Source: Eledone cirrhosa
Lineage: Eukaryota
NCBI GenBank assembly: GCA_964016885.1
Contig: CAXHJY010001664.1
Span: 1-52,999 of the forward strand
Direction: 5' to 3'
DNA: 52,999 nt
Part shown: piece after piece, positions 27,429 through 40,535 of the stretch
How the letters are laid out: each line of letters begins with the position of its first letter
Numbering within the stretch: the stretch's first letter is position 1
Notes under the pieces: generated by a model
The model's input: only the letters and a program-made list of their open reading frames with translations
Told to the model about the DNA's origin: nothing
Databases searched by the model: none
Position numbers and translations under genes: made by a program

Positions 27429-27913
27429 TTCGGATCTAGATGTCGAAACGGCCGGAGCTCAGCCGTCAGGGTCCTGACCCTTTTCCTATATATATATATG
27501 CCAGTTGGTTATGGCCATAGAATCTGTCATAACCGTATATCCTTAGACCCTAAAGAGAGTGTGGAAGGGAGCACACCTTAACAGTTGGAACCTGAAACAT
27601 AAAAACTAATGATAAAATATAAATATCTGTTTAAAACTGAAGCCCCCGAGGGTGTGTGGCCCTAAGCTATAGCTTGTTTAGTTTATAGGAAAGTCCAGCA
27701 CTCCCTTCCACCCACATATGCACGAACCGTCTCTGCTTATAAAAAATCTCAGCTGAATTGTGTTCAATCGAAAGGAAACGTATATTTGTATAAATCTGAA
27801 TAGTATTTATGTAGGAATGTAACTCAATGCTTGTATAGTTATCTGGAAAGACTGGTTCACCAAGGTTGCAATAGAAAGTTACAGACTCACTATACACACA
27901 CAAAGAGTGTATA

Positions 27914-27993
<80 letters not shown>

Positions 27994-28112
27994 ATGTATA
28001 TATATATATGTATATATATATGTATGTAAAAAGTAAACAGAAATAACAACACAATCGGTACAGTATATGGAAGGGATATATTAGGTTAACGCTTGATATA
28101 GCAGGAAGAGGG

Positions 28113-28148
28113 TCTTAACTTTTCGGACGCTAGTCCTTCATCAGAAGA
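28113..28148 (-). ncRNA. Minimal hammerhead motif family B (second copy, stem III mutated)
   Basis: Minus strand reads TCTT-CTGATGA-AGGAC tagc GTCC-GAAAAGTT-AAGA. Downstream flank is homologous to 1543-1590. Confidence 0.6.
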
Positions 28149-28336
28149 AAGAATCTGAAATAAAATAGATTGAGAGGACGGGCGGGTTGGAATTGGAAAA
28201 AATGTCTTTAAATAAAAATAACAGGTCCTTTCATGTTGACATCTCTTTGAACCTTGGTGATTATTATTTTATCTTTATATATATATATATTAGCCGTCGA
28301 AACGGCTTGAGCTCAGCCGTCGGGGTCTTACTTACT

Positions 28337-28415
<79 letters not shown>

Positions 28416-28429
28416 CTTCTACTTTTCTT

Positions 28430-28760
28430 TTTCTTCTTTGTCCACTTATTCCTGTGGGGCAGCAGAGTCCTCAAACACTCCCTCCAGCGGGGCCTGTCAG
28501 AGGCAACCGTCTCCAACTGATCAGGCTGGATCCCTAAACGAGACCAGCCAAGCTCATGGATGTTATCCAACCATCTTGTCCGGGGTCTACTCCTGGGTCT
28601 CCTAACTGTTGCTTTTCCCCCGTAAAATCTGTCCAGTGATTCTTTCCTGAGACATTCTAACCACATGACCACAGTATCGGAGCTGTGATCTCTTAATTCG
28701 GAGAAGTAGCGGCTCAACCTGGGGTGACTCTCTGAACTCCGAGCTACACACCCTATTGAG
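28430..28760 (-). mobile_element. RTE-clade LINE (Rex3/Expander-like) 3' fragment, frameshifted
   Basis: Two frames give VEPLLLRIKRSQLRYCGHVVRMSQERI and RRPRSRPRTRWLDNIHELGWSRLGIQPDQLETVASDRPRWRECL, a typical RTE ORF C-terminus. Confidence 0.85.
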
Positions 28761-28785
28761 TAACATTATTCCAAAATCCTTCAAA

Positions 28786-28972
28786 GGGCGGTGGATTGGC
28801 AGTATCGGTGGAGGGTCGGACGCCATGCTTTCCAGCATAGTTACGTCCCTTTACGATCTAAGTTCAAATCCCGCCGAGGTTGACTTTGCCTTTCATCCTT
28901 ACGGGGTCGATAAAATAAAGTACCAGTAATGCACTGGGTAATTGCTGGCCTTGTGCCTAAAGTAGAAACAAT
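28786..28972 (+). mobile_element. SINE family 1 with target-site duplication
   Basis: Full-length copy flanked by the direct repeat ATTATTCCAAAATCCTTC(A/G)AAGG. Confidence 0.88.
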
Positions 28973-29045
28973 TATTCCAAAATCCTTCGAAGGAACCCCA
29001 TTTCGGCCGCTATACATACAAAGAAACACACACATATATATATAT

Positions 29046-29365
29046 ATGGTGGCTGCCAACTCGTTTTCGAGTACGGCCACTACTTTATATCCATGTAGGA
29101 GAACCCCTACCGATGCCCTGAACAAGTGTGACTTTTTAGTCCAGCCAGTGACTTGAAAACTCTGGTACAAACACTACACCTGTGACAATTATTGACACAT
29201 AGTGCTGGGCCCATGGTACCATGTGACGACAAGTGCAGAGAGATCTCCAGATATAAAGCAATGCCTGTGCCGTGAAGCTTTTATAGTGAGCAAAGGCACT
29301 GCACAAAGCCAGTCCCACTCTCTTAACCAAGATGATATTTACCAAAAAGAAGAACAAGTCAACAT
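29046..29365 (-). mobile_element. Second copy of the zinc-finger LINE 3' end
   Basis: About 5 visible substitutions in 320 bp relative to 19372-19691. Confidence 0.7.
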
Positions 29366-29683
29366 CATTGGATACCATCAGGGTTGCAGGTGTTATATCA
29401 GAGTTTTCCTTCTCCTAGAATTCTGCCTTGACAAAGGCTAAGGGGTCATCTCTCCCGGTGATTTTGGATGGCCATTGACTCTTAAGAGCTCCTTTGCCCT
29501 TTGACAGGTTTTGTTTTTAGTCCTGCAGGATGTCCAAAGTCACCCTCCTCACCAAGAAACCTTGGTGGGGTTGCCAGTTTAGTCACCAACGACCCGACCA
29601 TGAGACAGGTTGTACTGGGATACATGTTACCAGTAGCACCAACTGGTGACCTGACACAAATATATATATATACATATATACAT

Positions 29684-29715
<32 letters not shown>

Positions 29716-30251
29716 GTGTTGGGAGTGGATCTTTATATGTACGCATGCGCACACGCATACACACACACACACACATATACATACATACATACATACATAT
29801 ATATATATAATCCAACGAACCTTCCCTGGGGTGAAACTCTTTGTTTTTGATGCTCTACTAATATGTGTTGAGTGCAAGTTAATACTTGAATGTATTATGT
29901 ATGATTATACATAAAAGACACACTTTAATATATGCATATGTATATATATATATATATATATATATCTGGGTGTGTGTGTGTGTGTAGAGAGAGAGAGGGG
30001 ATAGAGAAAGAGAGAGGGAGAGAGAGTGAGCCACACACACACGCATGTAAAAACCCCTATATATAGTGTATATGTATGCGTATATATATAAATATATATA
30101 AATATATATATATATATATACATGGAGGTGTGTATCATTTCAATAGCTGGAAGAATTGGAACGACGTTCACCCATCACTTATTCATTGAATTTTGTTGGG
30201 AGTGGATCTTTATTGTGTTGTGAAAGATTAACACTCACACACATACACATA

Positions 30252-30256
30252 TATGC

Positions 30257-30309
<53 letters not shown>

Positions 30310-30335
30310 TACCTTTTACATACATATATATATAC

Positions 30336-30432
<97 letters not shown>

Positions 30433-30458
30433 TACCTTTTACATACATATATATATAC

Positions 30459-30496
<38 letters not shown>

Positions 30497-30497
30497 G

Positions 30498-30528
<31 letters not shown>

Positions 30529-30555
30529 GTTTACCTTTTACATACATATATATAC

Positions 30556-30621
<66 letters not shown>

Positions 30622-30638
30622 ATATGTGTATATATATG

Positions 30639-30695
<57 letters not shown>

Positions 30696-30783
30696 GTACA
30701 TATGTATATATATATACGTATATTTGTATGTGTATATATATATACGTATATTTGTATGTGTATATATATATATATATATACAC

Positions 30784-30831
<48 letters not shown>

Positions 30832-30838
30832 GTATATA

Positions 30839-30919
<81 letters not shown>

Positions 30920-30932
30920 ATATGTATGTATA
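30252..30932. repeat. Long interrupted (TA)n tract, representative of many (TA)n/(GT)n/(GA)n microsatellites
   Basis: Includes three copies of GTTTACCTTTTACATAC. A similarly long tract lies at 51930-52625. Confidence 0.95.
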
Positions 30933-31163
30933 TGGTGAAGGGGGAAGACAGTTGACAGTGTGTCCTCACCAAACTAAAATGGCCTCCTCTCGGTGAGAAG
31001 ACGTCGTTTACACCTTATTTAAAAAGCGGAAAACAGTGCAATAAATTACATTGAACACACGCCACTCACACACACACACGAACCTACACACATGCGGCAC
31101 ACATACGTATATGTATGTATAATAATTATAATTATAATAACAATATATTGAGTGCCTCGTGTT

Positions 31164-31281
<118 letters not shown>

Positions 31282-31415
31282 CATATATATATTTGGGAAG
31301 GGCAGGTTGTGTACCTGTATACACATACAGGTATTTGCGCACGTGTGTGTATAATTTGGTGAGCAAAGCTGAAGACACATCCAAGCCTTGTTTGAAACAT
31401 CTGTGTTAGCGTGTT

Positions 31416-31487
<72 letters not shown>

Positions 31488-31593
31488 CATGCGTACGTAT
31501 ATGTATATATATTTATGCATACGTACGTATATGTACATATATATATGCATACGTACGTATGTGTAAATACATGCATAAGTACGTATATGTGTG

Positions 31594-31626
<33 letters not shown>

Positions 31627-32639
31627 TAGATATATATGTGTATGTGTGTGTGAGTGTTCTGGAGAATGAGTCAGTAGGCGTAAGTGTGCGCACTGTAGAG
31701 TGCTAGACAAGCCGGTAGCTCTATATCAACATACAAACTCATCGTTTCTCACACGTCCACGTGTGCACGTGACTCCTGCACGCGCACGCTCATTGATACA
31801 CACACATTAAATGCGATAGATTTCATCTAGCTCATAATAGGGAGACGACGTTTCGTTTTGAACACGGGACGGCACCTCCATTGTAAGGAGTTTCACTTTC
31901 CCACAAGAGCAGCTGCTTCGTTATGTTAGTGAATCACTGCCTCCTTCAAGGCCACCCGATATCGCCCCCCCCCCCTCCCCCACCCTCCTTTCACTAGTAT
32001 CTGGTCATTGACAGTATCGGTAGAGCGTCGGATGCTTCGTAGCATAGAGTTACGACTCTTTACGTTCTGAGTTCAAATCCTGTCGAGGTTAGTTTTCTGT
32101 GTGACAGTCCCTATCATCTCATTTCTACAGCTGAGTAAACTGGAGCAACGTGAAATAAAGTGTCTTGCTCAAGGAAACAACACATCACCCGGTCAGAGAA
32201 TTGAACTCACAACCTTTCGATTGCAAGCCCAATGCTCTAACCATTAAGCCATGCGCCTGTCATCCATTCGATGTCGATAAAAAAAAGTACCAGTCAAATA
32301 CTGGGATCGATTCTTCCTCTATATCTCTTTCTCGCTTCCTTTCTTTCACTCTTTCAATCCTTCTCTGAAAGAAATTTGCTGTGTTCAGACCTGTAGATGA
32401 GAAAGGCTTAGTCAGGGTTAAAAATGCCCTAGAAACGCCTATGTCAATATAGCGCCCCTAAAAATCCCTCGGGAGTTACGGATCCTGACAAATAGACTTC
32501 TCCTGTCCCTATTAATCTCTCCCCTCCACCTTTTCCGCCTTATCCCCACCCTCCCACTCTCGTAATATCCTGGCTCAGAACATGCAACCGTCTAAATCAG
32601 ACATTTTCAGACGATGTTTGAAACAGGTGGCTCGTCTAT

Positions 32640-33325
32640 ACCACATATCTTCACGAGTCTTCACGCCAACAGTCTCTGTTTCCCCGTGAAGGTTTGTAGG
32701 TCTTCCTTGTCAATACCAGCGTCTCTTGCTATGGTGTCCTGACATCTAAGCTTTCTGTCTTCTTATCTACTGCCCTTAGGCTAGACAGCAAGCACAACCT
32801 CACGCCAACAGTCTCTATTTCCCCCATCAAGGTTTGTAGGTCTTCCTTGTTTAATTCCAGTGTCTCTTGATATAGTATTCTGGTATCTAAGCTTTCTGTC
32901 TTTTAATCCATCATCCTTAGGCAAGACAGCAAGCACAAACTCACGCCAACAGTCTCTGTTCCTCATCAAGGTTTGTAGGTCTTCCTTGTCAATTCCAGTG
33001 TCTCTTGATATAGTATCCTGGTATCTAAGCTTCCTGGTAGAGGAGATCTCCAACAAGAGGTCTGAAACCATCTCATATTTTACACAGAAGCAGTGACCAG
33101 CAAACCTTATACGACGTTCAGTCAGTCGTGCACATACTTTTGGTATTTTTCCCTATAGCTGATTAAACATGGGATCGGTTTACCAAGGAATATTTTGAAC
33201 CTTTTTCAGAGGGGTTGTGAAACCTCCATCTAAATGGCTCTGTAGAAGGGAGTGCAGAGTCCAAGTCAGAAAACGATAGAGAAGGATAGACTGTACTGTT
33301 GTTCTAAACAGGCTGGTACTAAGTT
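32640..33325 (-). mobile_element. RTE-clade LINE 3' fragment with tandemly repeated 3' end
   Basis: Broken frames LFRTTVQSILLY...TWTL...LDGGFT...VQNIPW, RRIRFAGHC and YQDTISRDTG...LMRNRDCWR. The terminal ~120-140 bp occurs three times. Confidence 0.8.
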
Positions 33326-33479
33326 TCATTAGAGAGAGAGAGAAGGATATAGAGATGTAAAGAGAGAGAGGGGGGATATAGAGATGCAAAGAGAGAGGGG
33401 GCAGGAAGATATGGAGGGATAGAGATGTAGATTGAGGGAGAGAAACGAGGAACTGTATGAGAGATATGTGGAAATAATG

Positions 33480-33543
<64 letters not shown>

Positions 33544-34048
33544 TAAGAGAAAGATAGACAGACGAACAGAGAGAGAGCGACTGACTGAGAGAAAGGGAGA
33601 CAGACCGACGAATAGACACAGAGAGAGGGGGAGAGAGAGAGAGAGAGAGAGAAAAGACAGAGCGAGTGTGTGTAAGTGTGCTGAAGTTAAGCAGAATGTG
33701 GATATATATAGAGAGAGAGAAGGAGAGAGAAAGGGGGGAGAAGGGAGGAACATGGCTGACCTGAGATTGTATAGGAAGGAGGAGGAAGGAGAAGGGGAAG
33801 AGACAAAGACACTGTGAGCGTGCTGCCGAGAACTATGGAAATAAAGGGGAGGTGAAGGGGGTTAGTGTGAGGAAGGAAAGAATAAAGACTGAGAGAAGGA
33901 GAGGGAATTGGAGAGGGAAGAGTATGTAAGTGTGCGGCCTACAAACGTGGAGCTTGAGAGAGGGGAAGAGGAGGAACGGGAGGCTGGGAAAAGAGAGGAA
34001 ATTCAAATATTCACACAAAGGAATCGGCTTGAAAATCCGTTACAGACG

Positions 34049-34150
34049 AACGCTGAATTCCGTATAAGAAAAGAACGCTGTAATTCCGTATAAGAAAAGA
34101 ACGCTGTAATTTCGTATAAGAAAAGAACGCTGTGGTTCCATATAAAAGAA
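34049..34150. repeat. ~26-bp tandem repeat (~4 units)
   Basis: Unit AACGCTGTAATTCCGTATAAGAAAAG. Confidence 0.85.
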
Positions 34151-34473
34151 GAACGCTTCAAAATGTCGGTCGGTCAGCTGGGACAACATTCCGGTTTCGA
34201 TCCTCAGTTAAAGTCATTTTCCGTTACTTCGGGAATTGTTCCCCCAAGCGTGAACCTAATATAACTATGTTAATTGCCTCCTGTGTCTTGTTTGTTTCCT
34301 TTATTAAATATATATACACACAATCTGGTCCCTTACGATTTGGACACATATATGTATATATATCTGTGTTTATCTTTTATATTCAATTATGGTATACGGC
34401 TAGGAAATATCTCTTTCCTTGAGCTAGTTAATTGTAAGAGACTATTTTAAGTTTCTAACTCAATATATACCTT

Positions 34474-34535
<62 letters not shown>

Positions 34536-34629
34536 TAAAGAAAATGAAAAATCAGTGATGCATCTGGACTTAATTTATTGCGCCTTAATTTATAGCACCT
34601 ATGGAAGCACCATAGCTACCATTATACAC

Positions 34630-34692
<63 letters not shown>

Positions 34693-34873
34693 AAAAGAGT
34701 CAAGGCCCTGACGGCTGGCTTAGTTCGGATCTAGCTGTCGAAACAGCAGGAGCTCAGCCGTCGGTGTGCTGACTCTTTTCCTATTACCCACTCTACTACC
34801 CTAAGTATCGAGTACTCTGGTGCCTTATGGTCCACCTGGTTTCTTACCAGACTTTCTTTGTTTATATATATAT

Positions 34874-34969
<96 letters not shown>

Positions 34970-35100
34970 TTCCTGTTTTCCTTCGGTCGTAAAGTTTTTC
35001 GAAATATTTACTTCTGCGTCCACAGATTGATTTTTTTAAGTTTCAGAAAATCCCGTTAAGGGTGAAAGCACCGATTCTTTGCTAGAACCTTAATCTGTTC

Positions 35101-35170
<70 letters not shown>

Positions 35171-35224
35171 TATATATACATATATATATACACACGCACA
35201 CACACATATATATATATATACACG

Positions 35225-35258
<34 letters not shown>

Positions 35259-35305
35259 CACACACGCACACACACACACATATATATATATACACACACG
35301 CACAT

Positions 35306-35378
<73 letters not shown>

Positions 35379-35427
35379 TATATATATATACACACGCACA
35401 CACACACACATATATATATATATACAC

Positions 35428-35465
<38 letters not shown>

Positions 35466-35565
35466 CATAGATTATTTCAAAACAGTTTAACCCTTCTGCC
35501 ATTGCTCTAGACTGATAATATGTAAACATCCGCCTGACTTCTAATCATTTCTATTGTATTTCCAG

Positions 35566-35936
35566 TGAGAACAGCGAAGAGAAAGGTGTCATTCATGTCC
35601 GACCAAACTGTACAGAAGGTAAATTCACCTGGTTACATCCATACAACGCAATCCGGCTCAGACTGAATCCTTTGACCGACGGTGAGGAGTTCGAGACGTG
35701 TGTCAAGATCCAAACCAATTACCTCACTGTGAAGGTTTATGAGGAAACTATGGAAGACCTGAAAGCGTTGTTTGTAGTTCCAGGCGGAGAAGAAAGAGAG
35801 TATTGTAGATCACGAAACAACTCACCTACTACTTTCTTCATTGAGCATGAACGGACATACGACTACCCGGGACCGCCAAAGATTGTAATATATTATGAAC
35901 GGATCGAACTGGCAAATCATTTGAATCCAATGAGAG
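35566..35936 (+). CDS. METRNL: Meteorin-family protein, coding exon 2
   Basis: Pyrimidine tract and tttccag| acceptor with ctgac/ctaat branch-like sites; donor G|gtatgt. Translation ENSEEKGVIHVRPNCTEGKFTWLHPYNAIRLRLNP...ETCVKI...EYCRS...TFFIEHE...IYYE matches the meteorin motif C-x-EG-x-x-x-W-L-x-P-x-x-A-[LI]-R-L and its downstream Cys spacing. Confidence 0.92.
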
Positions 35937-35955
35937 GTATGTATATTGTCTATGG

Positions 35956-36127
35956 TAGGGTTTCCAAAACTGTTTCAAACACAGAACCCTTTTTTGTTCA
36001 GAAACTTTTAGGGAACCTTAAAGTCTAATACTGTTATATGGTTGTAATATAAATATACTCCTCTACCTTTTTTTCCCGGAACCCCAGAGAATCCTTTGTG
36101 GAACCCTTGGGTTCTGAGGAACCACTG
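35956..36127. mobile_element. Possible hAT-type MITE
   Basis: TAGGGTTTCCAAAACT ... repeated GGAACCC ... GAGGAACCACTG ends resemble CAG(G/T)GGTTCCCAAAC-type TIRs. Confidence 0.4.
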
Positions 36128-36194
36128 GTGTAGGGACGTATTTTGAACTATCTATAATTCTTATACCTTAAAGAGTGAAACTATGTATCTATCT

Positions 36195-36284
<90 letters not shown>

Positions 36285-36308
36285 CAATGATATTAATAAA
36301 GCCATATT

Positions 36309-36369
36309 TATTCTATTATATATATTTCAAGGGTACCAAAACTTTGGTACGCTCTCATCAGATAAAATA
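36309..36369 (-). ncRNA. Hammerhead motif family D (left arm of palindrome)
   Basis: Reverse complement of the motif at 36513-36577, with core and stems intact. Confidence 0.75.
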
Positions 36370-36512
36370 CAAAGTTTGTTTCATAAATAGTGACATACCC
36401 AGGAATCAGACCTTAAAGGTTTAAATACCGTTTAAGTTCCGTTCCTATCCAAACGGAACTTAAACCATTAGGGTCTGATTCCTGGATATGTCACTATTTA
36501 TAAAACAAACTT

Positions 36513-36577
36513 TTTATTTTATCTGATGAGAGCGTACCAAAGTTTTGGTACCCTTGAAATATATATAATAGAATAAA
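36513..36577 (+). ncRNA. Hammerhead motif family D (intron 2, sense)
   Basis: TTTATTTTAT-CTGATGA-GAGC GTACCAAA gt TTTGGTAC CCTT-GAA-ATATATAT-A-ATAGAATAAA. Predicted cleavage after A36567. Confidence 0.78.
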
Positions 36578-36836
36578 TATAGTTTCCATTTATTAATATC
36601 ATTGATATTATACTCCAGAAAAACCCGTCGAGTGCTTCGAATCTGTTATAAATATATTTGTTGAATTACCAACAAATTAAATATCCCTTTGCTTATATAT
36701 ATATGTGTAAAGTATTTCCGAAGAAAAAAGCAAAGGAAAAAAGTGTGCTCTATGTATAGAACAGAGCTATTTAATTTGAAGGTGAACAACACAAAATATA
36801 ACTACTCCATTACCAAAGGTTTCAGGACCCTAGACG

Positions 36837-36900
<64 letters not shown>

Positions 36901-37079
36901 TGAGATGTATATGTGTGTGTACATATATATATAAATATACACATACTCGTACATATATGTATATGTTGTGTGTGCATGTATATATGCATATATACACATG
37001 CATACATATGTATGTGTTGTGTGTGTATGTGTGTATGTAAATAAATGTGTGTGTGTGTATATATATATGTGTGTGTATG

Positions 37080-37126
<47 letters not shown>

Positions 37127-37179
37127 CACTGCATAAGGTGATGACAACATATTTTACGTTTTGTTTCCATCCATTTCAG

Positions 37180-37236
37180 ATTGTCGACCATGTGATGAGT
37201 CAGAGCTACTCAGATTGTACTGCACCAGTGATCTTA
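37180..37236 (+). CDS. METRNL: Meteorin-family protein, coding exon 3 (57 nt)
   Basis: tttcag| acceptor and A|gtaagt donor, phase 1 at both ends. Encodes (D)CRPCDESELLRLYCTSDL, matching the meteorin motif CRPCSD.ELL.A.CTSDF. Confidence 0.93.
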
Positions 37237-37260
37237 GTAAGTATTGATATATCGGCATAT

Positions 37261-37510
37261 ATCATCATCATCATCATCATCATTTTACGTCCGCTTTTCC
37301 CTGCTTGCAAGGGTTGGACGGGTCCTATTCAGCACAGCATCTCTCCACTTGTCACGGCCCTTCGTCATCTCCTCGGTGAGTTTCAGCGATCTGAGTTCTG
37401 CTCTCACCACCTCCGTCCATGTTTTTCGTGGTCTACCTCTACTGCGTCTTCCTTCTACTGGGATTTCTTGGCACTTCTTTACCCAGCGGTCATCCCCCAT
37501 ACGCATCACA
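37261..37510 (-). mobile_element. RTE-clade LINE 3' end with (ATG)n tail
   Basis: VMRMGDDRWVKKCQEIPVEGRRSRGRPRKTWTEVV...DKWRDAV followed by an (ATG)n tail on the minus strand. Confidence 0.85.
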
Positions 37511-37998
37511 TAATGGGTTTCTGGGACTGCGGGAAGATGCACCACGAGTTGCATAAGTCATAGATGCACCTAGCGATGGAACTGGAGAATCTTTTCCTCG
37601 GCAGGTGTTCGTTCAATATTATCGGACGTAGTCCAGTCTGGAGGAGATAGTGAAGCATTCTACAGAAATAGTAAATTTGCCTGTGTCATCACGTGACTTT
37701 TCTCAAAAGAGGAAGGTCAATCGGCCGAATTTTTGGCGGGTAAATTCAAGGTGTAAAGTGGTCGGTGATTTAAAGCTTGCCAAACGGGGGCTTGGGGAGA
37801 TCTTCTGTTCTGTTAAAGACATGACAACCTCTCCTGTGCACTCGTACGTAACAGACCTCTATACTGCCTGAGAGGTGAGCAGCCCAGCTTCAATACTGAC
37901 TTGGTCTATGTAGACCTATCCAACCCTTGCTAACAAGGAAAGCGGACGTTAAAATGATGATAATGCGATGATGATATATATATAGAGAGAGAGAGAGA

Positions 37999-38073
<75 letters not shown>

Positions 38074-38183
38074 TACAGATCCTACATTTATTTTAGGTTT
38101 TCCAATCCTTCTTTCATTTTCCATATTATTATTGGTTTCTTTTATTATTGTTGCTTATTTTTTGTTTTCTTTTTTTTTTTCAG

Positions 38184-38479
38184 TTCTTCAAGGTGTCATG
38201 GGACCCAAAACCACGAGTTCCGAAATTGAAATTTATATATCCAAGCATATATTCGGAGATAAGAGATTATTTTATCACCCTTCGAGTAGGGGACCTGTAA
38301 CAACTACGACTGTGGTGCCAGAAAAATGTCGGATACAGAGAGGAAATGGTAACTTCCTGTTCCTGGCTAGAAAACGATTCGATAAAGTACATATACTTTG
38401 TGCACCGTATCTAAGTAATTGGGAGAAAATCAGAAAGAAGGCTCTACAAGCTGGAAACATGCAATGTTCTTATGACTGA
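38184..38479 (+). CDS. METRNL: Meteorin-family protein, coding exon 4 (C-terminus, stop)
   Basis: Poly-T tract and cag| acceptor. Encodes (I)LQGVMG...VPEKCRIQRGNGNFLFLARKRFDKVHILCAPYLSNWEKIRKKALQAGNMQCSYD*, matching the meteorin C-terminus (P..CG...G.G.FLF....F....L.CAP....F.......C). Confidence 0.92.
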
Positions 38480-38599
38480 AGGATGAGCGAGGAAATTGTA
38501 TAAAAGGAATTCGGAATGCAACACAACGAAACAAGATGGTGGAACAGAAAAAAAGCGTAAGAAAAAAAAAACAAGTGAAATTAAGAAACAAACTACTTC

Positions 38600-38817
38600 C
38601 CACCATTTTTCTTTTTACTCATCTATTTGTAGATGGGAACAAAATGGACAATTATTGGTGAAAGGAAACGATATTTAAAATATGTTTACATCTGTTTCCA
38701 CCTGATCACCATTTTTCTTTTTACTCATCTATTTGTAGATGGGAAGAAAATGGACGATTATTAGTGAAAAGAAACGAAATTCAAAAGATTTTTACATCTG
38801 ATTCCACCTGATAACCG
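38600..38817 (+). repeat. ~108-bp tandem duplication in the presumptive 3' UTR
   Basis: CACCATTTTTCTTTTTACTCATCTATTTGTAGATGGGAA...TTCCACCTGAT occurs twice. Confidence 0.85.
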
Positions 38818-39534
38818 TTCGTGGTATTTCATTTTGGGACGGCTTATTTGTGATGGTTTATTTCGTTCATTCACAACGAAAAGGATTATGGATTACGATA
38901 AACAAACAAACAAAAGAAATGATTTATCAACCAGCAAGGATTCTCCTGGAGTGTTGTTTAGTTTGTGAAATGGATTGATAAATTGAGGAGTTAAATATGC
39001 ATGGAATTTGTTAAAAGTCGTCCATCTTGTAATATCCAGCAGTTGTGTGTGGCTTTAGCTAAGAGTCACGTCTGTAAATGTTAAAGATGGTGAACTATTG
39101 TGTAGGCCTTGTCACACACACATCTAGTGTAGTGTTGACAGGTAAGGGGGTGATGGATCACATGGTACACTTGAGTGAATCTATTTGGGCAATAATATAT
39201 AAGCAGACATTTTGACGGAAGACTAGTTGTTATATGATTGTGCCACGATATCATAACAGTGTGTGTGTGTGAAAATATCTGTGTTACTGAAAGTGTATGC
39301 ACATGCGTATGTGTGAGTCTATATATGTGTGTGAGTGTGTATGCTTGTGAACACATATCTGTGTAAATGAAAGTGTATACACATGTGTATATGTGTGCCT
39401 ATGTATGTATGGGAAGATGTCGATATATGTATATGTATAAAATGTGATATGATGGACAATCGTGGATGTGTGTAGATATATGTATGTGTGTGTGTAGATA
39501 TATGTATGTGTACATACTTGAGATATGATTGACA

Positions 39535-39842
39535 ATCGTGCCAACTAATGCGGCTATCCACATTTCCGATATATTTACTGTGTGTTCATATCGTCTGGTT
39601 TCTTTTAAAATAATGACAGACTTCATCCTACAGTGTTTTGCTTCAATTCGCACCCTAAACTACTGTCGAATTTGGATGGAAATATTCAATAGTGAGGTGC
39701 CATGACACATGACATATGGTAACGTGCCTATATTGGTACAAATTAATACAAAAGAACAAATACAAACATTCACATCACTTTATCAATTATTTTTACCACA
39801 AATAATATATATTTGTGGCATACATTTTTGGGGACACCCTGT
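39535..39842. mobile_element. Possible Tc1/mariner remnant
   Basis: The right end TTTTTGGGGACACCCTG-TA is the reverse of a CAGGGTGTCCC-type TIR. The left end is poorly defined. Confidence 0.4.
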
Positions 39843-40261
39843 ATATATATATATATATACACTCCAAAATTATAGACATATCTATATTGCATTCATATCA
39901 TTTGAGGGACCAAACAAAACAAGGGGACATTTTTTTGTCTTATTTTTCAATATTTTTTAATTATTTGTGATAATTTCTACCATCGAGCTTTCTCGCCAGT
40001 GATTTTTGTGTATGTGTTTGTTGTGTTTTTTGTTTGTTTGGGGGGGGGGGCATATTCCGTCTTGAAGATCAGCCAAGAAAAATCAGAAATTTATTTTATC
40101 ATCATCAAACAGGAAAATGGCGGATCAGGAAGAGAAAAGAGAGGGGGGGGGGGGTTAGACGTCATATGTATTTAATGTCGTCTTCTCTTCTCTGCGTTCC
40201 AGGTTCACGATTCTGCTGTTTTTCATCCTCCTGTGATCGATAAAATATATAGCTGGTATAA

Positions 40262-40535
40262 AGCGGCCTAGTGGTATGAGTGTTGAGCTTACGATCATAA
40301 CGTCATGGGTTTGATTCCTGGACTAGGTTGTGTGTTGTGTTCTTGAGCAAAACTCTTCATTCCACGTTGTCCCAGTATATTCAGATGAAAATGAGTACCA
40401 CCGATAATAGCTAGGGTTTAACCTTGCGATGGACTGGTGTCCTGTCCAAGAGGAAGCATGTACGCTTCACGCTGTGGAAACTGGGATAAGTTATGGTCTG
40501 ATGCGCCTCCAGGCTCGAGACAGACTTTAGACTTT
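40262..40535 (+). mobile_element. SINE family 2, full length
   Basis: A-box-like GGCCTAGTGG, B-box-like GGTTTGATTCC, CORE-like centre and (AGACTTT) tail. Partial copies at about 32130-32260 (-) and 45345-45465 (+). Confidence 0.78.

Noticed and set aside
31366-31412. CTGAAGA...GAAACA..TGTT hammerhead-like match
   Set aside because: Stem I and the closing pair of stem II are absent. Likewise for 34185-34210 (-) and 48640-48675 (-).
34267-34422. Alternative first exon for the meteorin-like gene (MLIASCVLFVSFIKY...)
   Set aside because: No N-terminal Cys motif after the hydrophobic stretch and no convincing phase-2 donor. The exon at 8343-8461 fits better.
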